Below are positions 47,189 through 56,849 of a stretch of 64,000 bases of DNA, piece after piece. Under the pieces are notes generated by a model. That model saw only the letters and a program-made list of their open reading frames with translations, made no database searches and was not told the DNA's origin. Each line of letters opens with the position of its first letter. Positions within the stretch are counted from its first letter, which is position 1. Origin of the DNA: Candidatus Paceibacter sp. Lineage in GTDB: Bacteria; Patescibacteriota; Patescibacteriia; S139-126. The position numbers were made by a program, and so were the translations under genes. The stretch covers positions 6,351 to 70,350 of the forward strand of contig DYGA01000004.1 of the NCBI GenBank assembly GCA_020724865.1, written 5' to 3'.

Positions 47189-48508
47189 ATGCCAACAAAA
47201 AAACTAAAATATTATTTATTTGTCATTGGTTGTCAAATGAATTTATCTGATGCGGAAAGACTAGAAACCATATTGCAATCAATCGGCTATACCAAAACTA
47301 CCAAAGAAGCAGAAGCTGATTTTATTGGTGTAGTTTCGTGTGCTGTTAGACAAAAAGCCATGGATAGGATCTATGGTAAGATTAGACAATGGAACTTAAT
47401 AAAAGAATCTCGTCCTCTTATTACCCTATTAACCGGTTGCGTACTTAAACACGACAAAAATAAACTAAAATATCAATTCGATATTCTGTTGGATATGAAA
47501 GATATTCAAAAATTGCCAGAACAATTACAATCAAGACAAGCAACTTTGGGAAATTTTATTCCAGCCATCTCTTATTTGCAAATCAAACCTAGTTATGAAT
47601 CAAAATTCAAAGCATATGTGCCGATTATGACGGGATGCAATAAATTCTGTACCTATTGCGCTGTCCCCTATACTAGAGGGCCTGAAGTTTCTCGACCAGC
47701 TGAAGAAATATTTACTGAAATAAAAGAATTATTAAACAAGGGCTATAAAGAAATTACGTTACTTGGACAAAATGTAAACTCCTATGGACTTGACAATAAA
47801 GACACCCGCAGTCCCAACTATAAGAAAAAAATGTTATCTTTTGCTGAATTACTTGAAAAAATAAATTCTTGGCGCGGCGATTTTTGGTTACGATTCGTTA
47901 CCTCCCATCCTTATGATATGTCGGATGATTTAATTAGTGTAATGGCTGAAAGAAAACACCTGGCTGAATATTTGCATCTACCAGTACAATCAGGTAACAA
48001 CGACATTTTAAAAAAAATGAATCGTTATTATACGGTAGAAAGTTATTTAGAAAAATTATTTGATATTAGACAAAAAATTCCTGGCATTTCTGTATCTACC
48101 GATATCATAGTTGGTTTTGCCGGTGAAACCGAAAAACAATTTTTAGATACAGCCAAACTAATGCAACAAGCAAAATATGATATGGCCTACATCGCACAAT
48201 ATTCTCCGCGTCCAGGGACTTCAGCTCATCGTTTGTATAAAGATTCAGTACCTGCCGAAGAAAAAAAACGTCGTGAAAATTATCTAAATGAAATTTTAAA
48301 AACAACCGCCAAAGAATACAACCAAAAATTTACCAACCAATTTACCACCGTACTGGTTGATGGAATAAAAAATAAAAAATTATACGGAAAAAATCGTGAA
48401 TTCAAAACCGTCCAATTTATTGGACAAAAAAAACTAATAGGCAATTTTGTCAAAGTAAAAATAAAAAACACTGGACCGTGGGGATTAATCGGCAACAAAA
48501 TAAAATAA
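47189..48508 (+). CDS. miaB: tRNA-2-methylthio-N6-dimethylallyladenosine synthase (radical SAM methylthiotransferase)
   Basis: UPF0004 N-terminal Cys triad (GCQMN..SC..C). Radical-SAM CxxxCxxC (GCNKFCTYCAVPYTRG). TRAM C-terminus. Confidence 0.88.
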   Translation: MPTKKLKYYLFVIGCQMNLSDAERLETILQSIGYTKTTKEAEADFIGVVSCAVRQKAMDRIYGKIRQWNLIKESRPLITLLTGCVLKHDKNKLKYQFDILLDMKDIQKLPEQLQSRQATLGNFIPAISYLQIKPSYESKFKAYVPIMTGCNKFCTYCAVPYTRGPEVSRPAEEIFTEIKELLNKGYKEITLLGQNVNSYGLDNKDTRSPNYKKKMLSFAELLEKINSWRGDFWLRFVTSHPYDMSDDLISVMAERKHLAEYLHLPVQSGNNDILKKMNRYYTVESYLEKLFDIRQKIPGISVSTDIIVGFAGETEKQFLDTAKLMQQAKYDMAYIAQYSPRPGTSAHRLYKDSVPAEEKKRRENYLNEILKTTAKEYNQKFTNQFTTVLVDGIKNKKLYGKNREFKTVQFIGQKKLIGNFVKVKIKNTGPWGLIGNKIK

Positions 48509-48509
48509 T

Positions 48510-49457
48510 ATGAACAAACAAAAAATTGTAGTAATATTAGGGCCCACTGCATCAGGTAAAACAGAACTGGCTTTAAAAATAGCCAAAAAATTCAATGGTT
48601 ACATAATTTCGGCTGACTCTAGACAGATCTATAAAGAAATGAATATTGGCACTGCTAAACCTCGAGGTAAAATCAAGCAACTTGAATTAAAAATAAAAGA
48701 AATAAATAATCATATTTATTTTGTACAAGATATACCTCATTTTTTAATAGATTACATTACACCAGATCAACCATTTACTTTGGCCGATTGGCTAAAAGTT
48801 ACAAAAAAAATATTAAATTCCAAAATACTAAATTCAAAATTCCGTATTCCCATAATCTGCGGGGGCACGGGGCTTTATATTTCAGCTTTAGTTAATAATT
48901 TTCAATTACCAAAAGGTAAAATCAATTTAAATTTAAGAAATAAATTAAATCAATTATCATTGACTACACTACTCGCCAAACTAAAAAAACTTGATTTAGA
49001 AACTTACAATTCAATTGATAAAAAAAATAAAAGAAAAATTATTAGAACTGTAGAATATATTTTAACAAACAACCAACTTTTTAAGCCTGAATATAAACCA
49101 GCTCAATCACCTTATCAATTTCTACAAATCGGATTGGATATTTCACGCGAACAACTTTATCAAAAAATCAACCAACGAGTAGATCAAATGTTAAAAAATG
49201 GTTTAATTGCAGAAACTAAACGGCTTACAAAAAAATATTCAACTAATCTGCCAGCGATGTCAGGGATTGGTTATCGTCAAATAAATATGTATTTAAATGG
49301 TAGTTTAGATAAAACCGCAGCCGTTGAACAAATCAAACGCGATAGCCGTCATTATGCCAAACGCCAACTCACCTGGTTTAAACGAGATAAAAAAATTAAC
49401 TGGGTAAAAAATTATGCTACGGCGGAAAAATTGGTTAAAGATTTTTTGTCAAAATAA
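48510..49457 (+). CDS. miaA: tRNA dimethylallyltransferase
   Basis: P-loop GPTASGKT, then SADSRQIYKEMNIGTAKP typical of MiaA. Adjacent to miaB with a 1-nt gap. Confidence 0.88.
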   Translation: MNKQKIVVILGPTASGKTELALKIAKKFNGYIISADSRQIYKEMNIGTAKPRGKIKQLELKIKEINNHIYFVQDIPHFLIDYITPDQPFTLADWLKVTKKILNSKILNSKFRIPIICGGTGLYISALVNNFQLPKGKINLNLRNKLNQLSLTTLLAKLKKLDLETYNSIDKKNKRKIIRTVEYILTNNQLFKPEYKPAQSPYQFLQIGLDISREQLYQKINQRVDQMLKNGLIAETKRLTKKYSTNLPAMSGIGYRQINMYLNGSLDKTAAVEQIKRDSRHYAKRQLTWFKRDKKINWVKNYATAEKLVKDFLSK

Positions 49458-49480
49458 AAGGGAGCTAAGTTGCTCCCTAT
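49456..49480. terminator. bidirectional terminator between convergent miaA(+) and the 49482 gene(-)
   Basis: Hairpin agggagc-taagtt-gctccct (49458-49477), with A-run and T-run flanks. Confidence 0.6.
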
Positions 49481-49481
49481 T

Positions 49482-50549
49482 TTAATAAAACTTTTTAATT
49501 TTTTCTTTAAAAAATTCAAAATTTTCATATTTGATATGTAAACGACTATCTCGGTGCCAATCGTTTTTTTCCTCGTAAGGTAAAAGCTCATAAAGCTTAA
49601 AATGCTTTTTAAAATTACGAGGGGTAAATAGACTGACCTGATCCCCATATTTGCCAACTAAACGAATGGCTATAACACATTCGTTATTACCTTGTTTAAA
49701 CATTTCAGCCTTTAACAAACCGAGATTGGGCTTAATTTCATTTTTATATTCCCTAATAATATCGATGTAAATCAAACCAGGAAATTTTTCTATCTTGGAA
49801 AATAAGCTTATTGTTAATTCTTTATTCTTAATATACTCTATCTCCAGAATATTTAAATAATCAGCTATGACGCTGTCATTTTGTTCATTTTCAATCCAAA
49901 GTTTTAACTTATCATAAAGAACTTGACGATTTTCCTGCCTTCTGGGCGGATTGATAAAATAACTTGGACCTAAATAAATCCCCCGCAAATAAATCTGAGC
50001 CAATTTTGAATAGTTATAACCATTAGCTTGTCCTTCAAATTTATTGGCGTCATTATCTAACTCATCATATAACTTTTTACTATAACAGCCTTTAGCATAA
50101 GCCAAATAACCATCCAAATCATCATGGAAAAATACTAATTCTATATTTTCCTTTAACCATTCACCAATTGCTACCATACTAGTAGCGGAAGGAGCGTATT
50201 TGCCGGGTAAAATATGAGTATTTTTTCCAAGTAAAGTATAAATAATTTGGTAATTCTCAAGATTTTTTTCTTGATTTTCATGATGGTCAACATAAACCAC
50301 ATCAATACCAAATAAAATCAACATTTTAATAAAATCAACAATTTCATTACTTGGACCTAAATCTACCAATGCAACCTTTTTTATATTATTAATCAAAATA
50401 AATTTAATCAGTTCAATTAATTCAATATATTTTAAAAAAGGCTGGATGGCAAACCCGACAATACCATTTAATTTAGTATGTACTAAAATGGGTTCCATAA
50501 CCATAACACCTCCGAGATAATTTATAAAATTTTTAATATACAAATACAA
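49482..50549 (-). CDS. hypothetical protein with DHH-like motifs (possible phosphoesterase)
   Basis: VYVDHHE and FHDDLDG resemble DHH-family motifs III and I, but occur in non-canonical order, so the family call is tentative. Confidence 0.35.
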   Translation of the reverse strand: MYLYIKNFINYLGGVMVMEPILVHTKLNGIVGFAIQPFLKYIELIELIKFILINNIKKVALVDLGPSNEIVDFIKMLILFGIDVVYVDHHENQEKNLENYQIIYTLLGKNTHILPGKYAPSATSMVAIGEWLKENIELVFFHDDLDGYLAYAKGCYSKKLYDELDNDANKFEGQANGYNYSKLAQIYLRGIYLGPSYFINPPRRQENRQVLYDKLKLWIENEQNDSVIADYLNILEIEYIKNKELTISLFSKIEKFPGLIYIDIIREYKNEIKPNLGLLKAEMFKQGNNECVIAIRLVGKYGDQVSLFTPRNFKKHFKLYELLPYEEKNDWHRDSRLHIKYENFEFFKEKIKKFY

Positions 50550-50605
50550 ATTATTATCTATAAAGATTGTTTACTATAAATTATATTTAATTTTTTGTCA
50601 AGCAA

Positions 50606-50634
50606 TAAAAAAGGCAGTTAATAAAACTGCCAAT
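50606..50634 (-). terminator. possible intrinsic terminator (minus strand)
   Basis: Hairpin ggcagtt-aataaa-actgcc (50613-50632), followed on the minus strand by a T-run (complement of aaaaaa). Confidence 0.4.
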
Positions 50635-51047
50635 TAAGGTATTAATAAATACCGCCCGATGCCTAAACTAATAGCTGTTGTTTTTTTATTGTCAATAACT
50701 AAAGTAAATAATAAATTATTTTGATAAGAAAAAATTAACATCTTTTGATTTTCATCTAACGAATATTCTTTGAAATTTACTTTATCAAACGATGGTAACT
50801 GCGATTTTTTGCTAATTAACCAGCTTAAAACTTTTTCTTTGGGGCAAAAATAGGCTTCAGAGTATGCCTCGCCGACTAAAAAAGAATCAGGTAAGAAGCT
50901 AGAAATATAAACAGTATCTGACTGTAAAATGCTTTGATATAATTTTTTATAAAAATTTTTTGTTTGATTAACATTTACCTCCTGAACTATTTGACTATAA
51001 AGATAATTATTAAAAAACAAAACAAAAAATAGCGCAACAACACGCAT
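50634..51047 (-). CDS. hypothetical secreted protein (signal peptide)
   Basis: N-terminal signal-like MRVVALFFVLFFNNYLYSQ. No homology recognised. Confidence 0.4.
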   Translation of the reverse strand: MRVVALFFVLFFNNYLYSQIVQEVNVNQTKNFYKKLYQSILQSDTVYISSFLPDSFLVGEAYSEAYFCPKEKVLSWLISKKSQLPSFDKVNFKEYSLDENQKMLIFSYQNNLLFTLVIDNKKTTAISLGIGRYLLIP

Positions 51048-51121
51048 ATTTCCTCCTAATATAATTGTTAAATAACTAAAAGTGTATTTTATTATTAAAA
51101 GTATAAAATGTCAATTGAAAC

Positions 51122-52615
51122 TTAGTTCAATAATTTAATAAGCATTTCTTCTACTGCTTTAGGATCAGCTTTACCTTTTGATTTTTTCATAACTGCCCCA
51201 ATTAAAAATTTGAGTACAACCACTTTACCCTGTTTATATTGTTCTACCTGACTTTTATTTTCACTTATTACTTCCTTTACAATCTGATCAATGTCACTAC
51301 CTGTTGTTTGTTGTAAATCAAGTTCATCCATAATATTTGAAGGATCGCCGCCAGTATTAAACATTTTTTCTAAAATAACTTGTGCTGAAGTAGAGTTGAC
51401 TCTTCGGTTAAAAATTAGACGTAAAAATTCAGCCATATTTTCTGGAGTTATTTTTAAGTCCGTAACTGATTTTCCTGATTTATTCATCAATTGTAAAAGA
51501 TTATTTAATAACCAACTTGATACCAATTTAGCAATTTTGTTTTTATACTCTGCCTGAATTTCAGCCGCTGTTCCTTCAATCTCATCACCTGATTCTAACC
51601 AAGCTAAAAATTCTGAATATACTTTTTCAGCATAACTATCAAAACCAGGAATATTAAGTAAAATATTTACCTCTGACAATTTAAAACCATACTCATTAAT
51701 TAATCTCTGACGTTTTTGATTGGGTAGTTCCGGAATTTGTTTTTTAATAAAATTAATTTCTTCCAAGGTGATTGCAATCGGTGGTAAATCAGGTTCAGGA
51801 AAATAACGATAATCGCTGGCTTCTTCTTTTGTCCGTTGCTCTACAGTAATGCCTTGTTGTTCATTCCACCCTCGTGTTTCTTGATTATCAGGCACCTGAT
51901 TTGTTTCCCATAATTTTGTTTGTCTTTTAATTTCATATGCCAAGGCATATTCAACCGCGCGAAAAGAATTTAAATTTTTTATTTCTGTTTTGGGATACAA
52001 TTTTTTATCGCCTAAAGGACGTAATGAAATATTAGCATCACAACGAAGTTGACCTTTTTCCATATCAGCGTCTGATATATTCAATAGACGCATTATCATT
52101 CTTAACTCTTGTAAAAAAATTTTTGCTTCTTGAGGTGATTTAAAATCTGGCTTAGTTACAATTTCAACCAAAGGTGTCCCCGCTCGATTAAAATCAATTA
52201 GAGTACAATCATCGTGATGAAAATTTTTCGCCGCATCTTCTTCCAAATGCAACCTTTCGATGCCAAAAATTTTTTCGCCATCAGGCAATAATATTTCTAA
52301 ATAACCGTTTTCAGCTAGCGGTTTATCATATTGTGAAATTTGGTAACCCTTTGGTAAATCGGGATAAAAATAACTTTTACGGTCAAATTTTGAGTACTCA
52401 TTAATCTTTAGATTTAAAGCCAAGGCCGCTTTAACTCCTAAAACAATTGCCTGCTTATTTGCCACCGGCAAAACTCCGGGATGACCAGTACAAATCGGAC
52501 AAATATTTTTATTTGGCTCAGTTAAATCAAAATCATTAGCACAAGCACAAAACATTTTTGATTTTGTTTTTAACTGGACGTGGATTTCTAAACCAATAAC
52601 TGGTTCCAATTTCAT
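51122..52615 (-). CDS. gatB: Asp-tRNA(Asn)/Glu-tRNA(Gln) amidotransferase subunit B
   Basis: N-terminus MKLEPVIGLEIHVQL and internal motifs typical of GatB. Length 497 aa. Confidence 0.9.
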   Translation of the reverse strand: MKLEPVIGLEIHVQLKTKSKMFCACANDFDLTEPNKNICPICTGHPGVLPVANKQAIVLGVKAALALNLKINEYSKFDRKSYFYPDLPKGYQISQYDKPLAENGYLEILLPDGEKIFGIERLHLEEDAAKNFHHDDCTLIDFNRAGTPLVEIVTKPDFKSPQEAKIFLQELRMIMRLLNISDADMEKGQLRCDANISLRPLGDKKLYPKTEIKNLNSFRAVEYALAYEIKRQTKLWETNQVPDNQETRGWNEQQGITVEQRTKEEASDYRYFPEPDLPPIAITLEEINFIKKQIPELPNQKRQRLINEYGFKLSEVNILLNIPGFDSYAEKVYSEFLAWLESGDEIEGTAAEIQAEYKNKIAKLVSSWLLNNLLQLMNKSGKSVTDLKITPENMAEFLRLIFNRRVNSTSAQVILEKMFNTGGDPSNIMDELDLQQTTGSDIDQIVKEVISENKSQVEQYKQGKVVVLKFLIGAVMKKSKGKADPKAVEEMLIKLLN

Positions 52616-52667
52616 AATTGTTACTATATTATTCTTTATTTAATTATATTATCATAAGCATACCAAT

Positions 52668-52695
52668 AAAAAAAGGGTTCAAATGAACCCTTATA
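52668..52695 (-). terminator. intrinsic terminator (minus strand) after the 52696..52986 gene
   Basis: Hairpin aagggttc-aaat-gaaccctt (52672-52691), followed on the minus strand by tttttttatt. Confidence 0.55.
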
Positions 52696-52986
52696 TTATA
52701 ATTGATTTATCAATTGCCAACGATGGGAAAAAAAATTTTTTAGCCAATTTTTGGCTTCATTCCAACCATGTTTTTTATGACGATAAATAAATATGCTTTT
52801 GAGTTTTACTCGATATTTTTCTTCCTTATCAAGGAAATTTTGCAACTTAATTGGAAATCTTTGCCCGAGTGGCACCACTAAGGTGCGTAGTTTAAGAACC
52901 AAAACTAACGAATCAATTTCGTGATCTAGATTAAATTCTTGTTCCATCTCAGCTGCATCAAAATAATTATTAATATTAAAGAACAT
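52696..52986 (-). CDS. hypothetical protein (96 aa)
   Basis: No recognised motif. Sits between gatB and tmk. Confidence 0.35.
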   Translation of the reverse strand: MFFNINNYFDAAEMEQEFNLDHEIDSLVLVLKLRTLVVPLGQRFPIKLQNFLDKEEKYRVKLKSIFIYRHKKHGWNEAKNWLKNFFSHRWQLINQL

Positions 52987-53004
52987 AACTCCTCCTTTTT
53001 TTTG

Positions 53005-53682
53005 TTAAATAATTTTATTAAAAATATTATAAAGTTTATCGTTAACCTCAGCCTTTGTCAATAATTTACCAGCTTCATAGCATTCCACTATATAAAAATT
53101 AGGAAATTCACGAGCAATTTCCAAAAAAACTCTTTCCGCCATTTGTAAATGCTGTAAATCACTTTCGTGTAAATCTCTTTTAACGCCCCCGACATAATCC
53201 CGGTGGCCTTTTTTATCTACCAAATTTTGAGCAACAGTTGCCGGTACATGTAAAATAATAGTGGCCTCTGGTTTAGGAATTCCTAAAATATTAAATTCAA
53301 AATTATAAAGCCAGTTGAAAAAAATTTTTCTTTCATCCTTATTTTTTATTTTAGCTCCTTGATGCCCCATATTTGCTGAGACATAACGATTGGCAATTAC
53401 TAAACTACCATCGGCTAACATTTCTTGAATATCTTTTTTGGCTGCAAATCTATCTAAGGCATAAAAAACTGAAGCTTGATAAGGTCCAATATCACTTAAA
53501 CTCCCAAATTTTCCATTTAAATAACTTTCAACAAACCAAGCAGAGGGTTGAGAATAGCGAGGAAAGTCAATCTTTGCGACTCGCCTACCTTCAGCTTGAA
53601 ATCGTTCAATCAGTAAATCTACCTGCGTTGATTTACCTGAACCATCACCACCGTCAATAACTATTAATTTTCCCGTACTCAT
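53005..53682 (-). CDS. tmk: thymidylate kinase
   Basis: P-loop IDGGDGSGKSTQ, DRY-like motif (LDRF..), lid region. Length 225 aa. Confidence 0.88.
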   Translation of the reverse strand: MSTGKLIVIDGGDGSGKSTQVDLLIERFQAEGRRVAKIDFPRYSQPSAWFVESYLNGKFGSLSDIGPYQASVFYALDRFAAKKDIQEMLADGSLVIANRYVSANMGHQGAKIKNKDERKIFFNWLYNFEFNILGIPKPEATIILHVPATVAQNLVDKKGHRDYVGGVKRDLHESDLQHLQMAERVFLEIAREFPNFYIVECYEAGKLLTKAEVNDKLYNIFNKII

Positions 53683-54161
53683 AATTTGTTTATCCTTTCA
53701 TATTCGACAAAGGCAAAACCTTCATATTGTTTGCGACTAATTTCTCGCCATTCCGTCTTAGAAATATTGGGAAAATAAGTGTCTCCGACTGGACGCAAAT
53801 CAACTTCGGTTATATACATTTTATCAGCTAAGGGAAAAACCTGTTTATAAATACTGGCACCGCCAATTACCCACACCTCCTGATTTTTTAAAGCCAACAA
53901 AGCATCCTGAAGAGAATAATATACTATAACTCCAGGTGGAACATTAAAATTTTTATCCGAAGTAACCACAATATTTTTACGGTTTGGCAATGGCTTACCT
54001 AACCGTTTGATTATCGAGGTAAAAGTATTACTGCCCATTAAAACGGTTTTACCATTGGTTAAATTTTGAAAATGTTTTAAATCTTCCGGAATGTGCCAAG
54101 GTAAATCATTACCTCGGCCAATTACATTATTTTTAGCCACAGCCGCAATAATTATAATCAT
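53679..54161 (-). CDS. folA: dihydrofolate reductase
   Basis: IAAVAKNNVIGRGNDLPWHIPEDLKHF and ..VLMGSNTF.., canonical DHFR. 4-nt overlaps with thyA and tmk. Confidence 0.88.
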   Translation of the reverse strand: MIIIIAAVAKNNVIGRGNDLPWHIPEDLKHFQNLTNGKTVLMGSNTFTSIIKRLGKPLPNRKNIVVTSDKNFNVPPGVIVYYSLQDALLALKNQEVWVIGGASIYKQVFPLADKMYITEVDLRPVGDTYFPNISKTEWREISRKQYEGFAFVEYERINKL

Positions 54162-55030
54162 ACAGCAATATCAAACTTAATTGTAGGATAACTTTCATAA
54201 CCAACAATTTCACTATCCGTATATTGCCAATCAAAAATAGAAGTAAATTTTTCAGTTTTAATTTGAGGCAATTTATACCTGTTTGGATCTCTGGTTAACT
54301 GCTCCTGTAAACCAGCAATATGATTCTTATAAATATGTGTATCAGCTAAAAATCCAGTCAAAATTCCTTCTGCCAAACCTGTTTCTTTGGCCAATAAATG
54401 CAATAAAGTAGCGTAACTGGCGATATTAAACGGCAGTCCTAGTGCTACATCTACACTACGTTGATTCCAAAATAAATTAAGACGATTATTAATGACTGTT
54501 ACTTGCCAAGCATAATGACAATAAGGCGGAATAACTTTATCAATATCCATTGGGTTCCAAGCAACCACCACCATTTGTCGGCTATCTGGCTTAGTTTTTA
54601 AAGTTTCCACTACTCGTTTTAACTGATCTACTCCTTGACCAGTATAATCGTTTTGATAACCTTGATAAATTGCCCCAAAATGACGCCATTCCCAACCATA
54701 AATTGTTCCCAAATCTCTCTCGGCTAACATTTTTTGCTTGGTTTCTTCATCGTGGGCATAAGGCACCTTGATTGGAGTGCACCATTCATCCCAAATATGA
54801 TTATTTCTATTCTGCAACCACTTTTTGTCAGTTATTCCTTTAATAAAAAATTCCAACTCTGAGGCTACTAAACGAAAAGGTATTTTTTTAGTGGTTAATA
54901 AAGGAAAACCTTTACTCATATCATGCTGAAACATAGCACCAGCAATCGCCAAAGTTCCCGTACCGGTTCGGTCGGTTTTCTCTTGACCATTGGTTAAAAC
55001 ATTTTTTACGATATCAAGATAAGCTTGCAT
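54158..55030 (-). CDS. thyA: thymidylate synthase (ThyA type)
   Basis: MQAYLDIVKNVLTNGQEKTDRTGTGT N-terminus. Active-site region PPYCHYAWQ. C-terminal ..DIAV. Confidence 0.92.
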   Translation of the reverse strand: MQAYLDIVKNVLTNGQEKTDRTGTGTLAIAGAMFQHDMSKGFPLLTTKKIPFRLVASELEFFIKGITDKKWLQNRNNHIWDEWCTPIKVPYAHDEETKQKMLAERDLGTIYGWEWRHFGAIYQGYQNDYTGQGVDQLKRVVETLKTKPDSRQMVVVAWNPMDIDKVIPPYCHYAWQVTVINNRLNLFWNQRSVDVALGLPFNIASYATLLHLLAKETGLAEGILTGFLADTHIYKNHIAGLQEQLTRDPNRYKLPQIKTEKFTSIFDWQYTDSEIVGYESYPTIKFDIAV

Positions 55031-55060
55031 AAAAATAAAAAAAATAAAAAAACAATTAAA

Positions 55061-55486
55061 TCAGCCAGTACTGCCAAAACCACCTCGACTAAATGATTTT
55101 ATATCTTCAACCACTTCTTCCCACTCAGCCCGATCAATTTTAATAAATATACCCTGACCAATACGTTCGCCTTTCTTAACTAAGACTTCTTGTTTTGTAA
55201 AATTATAAACCTGAAAAAGTATTTCGTCTTCTGGACCATGAAAATCCTGATCAATTACACCAGCGGTAACTATTAATCCTTTCTTTTTGGCCGTTGAAGA
55301 ACGATCTTTTAAATAAAGCATATATCCTTCTGGCACAGCAATAATTAAATTAGTTGGAATACGAGCAATTTCCTTAGGAGGAATAATTAAATCGTGGCGA
55401 GCATATAAATCAAAAGCTACCGCGCCGGAAGTGTGATATTGCGGTAGAGGTAATGACTTGTCAACTAATTTAATTTTTACCTTCAT
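55061..55486 (-). CDS. dut: dUTP diphosphatase (trimeric dUTPase)
   Basis: Motifs AVAFDLYA, GLIVTAGVIDQDFHG, C-terminal RGGFGSTG. Start taken at the internal Met (MKVKIKL, 55486). Confidence 0.85.
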   Translation of the reverse strand: MKVKIKLVDKSLPLPQYHTSGAVAFDLYARHDLIIPPKEIARIPTNLIIAVPEGYMLYLKDRSSTAKKKGLIVTAGVIDQDFHGPEDEILFQVYNFTKQEVLVKKGERIGQGIFIKIDRAEWEEVVEDIKSFSRGGFGSTG

Positions 55487-55490
55487 TAAA

Positions 55491-55904
55491 TTAATTAAAT
55501 AATTTTTTTTCCACACCTTCCAACAATAAAATCAGTAAAGTTAAAATTGAACCAATAATAGCCAAAAAATACATACCATAACCAACCGCCATCCCGACTG
55601 CCGCTACGGTCCAAATGGAAGCAGCTGTTGATAACCCTCTGACACTATCTGAATTATGAATTATTGTTCCTGCTCCTAAAAACCCTATGCCAGTTACAAT
55701 TCCAGCAGTAATGCGGGTAGTATCAATACTATTTAAACCAAGTTCATAAGCAATGATAGTAAAAACTGTGGAACCCAAAGCCACCAACATATGCGTCCGC
55801 AAACCAGCTGGAGTTTTAATTTTTTCTCGTTGCCAACCAACTATACCTGCTAAAAAAATAGCCAATATTAATTTAAAGATGATATTTAAATTAATATAAT
55901 CCAT
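55491..55904 (-). CDS. MgtC/SapB family membrane protein
   Basis: GIVGWQREKIKTPAGLRTHMLVALGS..GIGFLGAG typical of MgtC N-terminal domain. Confidence 0.75.
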   Translation of the reverse strand: MDYINLNIIFKLILAIFLAGIVGWQREKIKTPAGLRTHMLVALGSTVFTIIAYELGLNSIDTTRITAGIVTGIGFLGAGTIIHNSDSVRGLSTAASIWTVAAVGMAVGYGMYFLAIIGSILTLLILLLEGVEKKLFN

Positions 55905-55906
55905 AT

Positions 55907-56503
55907 TTAACTTATTAATTTTAAAAATTCATCGATCTGTTTGTACATTTTGTTAAAATCTGCATTATTGATGATAGTATAATCTGCCATGACAATCGGA
56001 CCACCTTTTTCAATATTTTCTATTTCAGCATAATCTCTAGCTTGGGCTTGTTCTGGGGTTAACATTCTAAATCTTACCGCATCATCATTAAGTTTATTAT
56101 GTACCCGTTGAGATAAACGTTCATATCTTAATTTAGGTGGAGCATAGACCGCTAAAACATATAATTTGTCTTTATAATTCTCTTTCAAAACTTTGTATTC
56201 CGACCAGGAATATAAACCATCAACTACAACAGATTTTCCTTCGTTTAACATCTCATTGATTTTGCTTAAATTTAACTTAGCATAAGCACCCATACCATGT
56301 TCTCGTCTCAAACCTTCCCTTATTTTTTTTTCGTTGGCCTCATTAATTTCTAAACCTTGAGCTTTCAATAAATCCAATGTAACCTGACCAAAACGCAAAT
56401 AAGCATACCCACGTTCAACTAAATAATCAGCCACTTGGCTTTTGCCAGCGCCGCACATGCCTACGATTGCCACAATTTTATTAGTATTTGTTTTCATTAT
56501 CAT
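55907..56503 (-). CDS. P-loop NTPase, putative (d)nucleotide/nucleoside kinase
   Basis: Walker A VGMCGAGKSQV at the N-terminus. Small (198 aa) kinase-like fold. Placed inside the thymidylate-metabolism cluster. Substrate not assignable from sequence. Confidence 0.5.
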   Translation of the reverse strand: MIMKTNTNKIVAIVGMCGAGKSQVADYLVERGYAYLRFGQVTLDLLKAQGLEINEANEKKIREGLRREHGMGAYAKLNLSKINEMLNEGKSVVVDGLYSWSEYKVLKENYKDKLYVLAVYAPPKLRYERLSQRVHNKLNDDAVRFRMLTPEQAQARDYAEIENIEKGGPIVMADYTIINNADFNKMYKQIDEFLKLIS

Positions 56504-56849
56504 CTTCCTTTTTATAAATTATTTCGATTTTCTCTTTTGTTGGCAAATAAGTCCAAGCTAAATACAAACCAACAACAAACCCAAAAATTAAAATGGAAAC
56601 AAAATATGAAAAAAATGATCTTTCCCAATGTGACATTCCTTGAGTTAAACAAATTTTAGAATAATCACATATTAAACCGACAACTAAATCGCCTAAACTA
56701 AACAAAGTAACTATTACCTCAGTGATATAAGGCAAAACCAAACCTCTACTATCTAAATAATTTTGTAATAATAACAAGGGTAAAAAAACTAAACCACTCC
56801 AGATAACCCCTTTGGCATAAAATTGCCAAAATTTTGGTGAAAATAACAT
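56481..56849 (-). CDS. hypothetical membrane protein
   Basis: Three TM helices. No motif. Confidence 0.35.
   Translation of the reverse strand: MLFSPKFWQFYAKGVIWSGLVFLPLLLLQNYLDSRGLVLPYITEVIVTLFSLGDLVVGLICDYSKICLTQGMSHWERSFFSYFVSILIFGFVVGLYLAWTYLPTKEKIEIIYKKEDDNENKY

Noticed and set aside
49482-50549. Confident call of the 355-aa protein as a DHH-family phosphoesterase (NrnA/RecJ-like).
   Set aside because: - DHH-like and HxDxDG-like strings are present but in reversed order relative to canonical DHH motif order.
- I left it as a tentative hypothetical.
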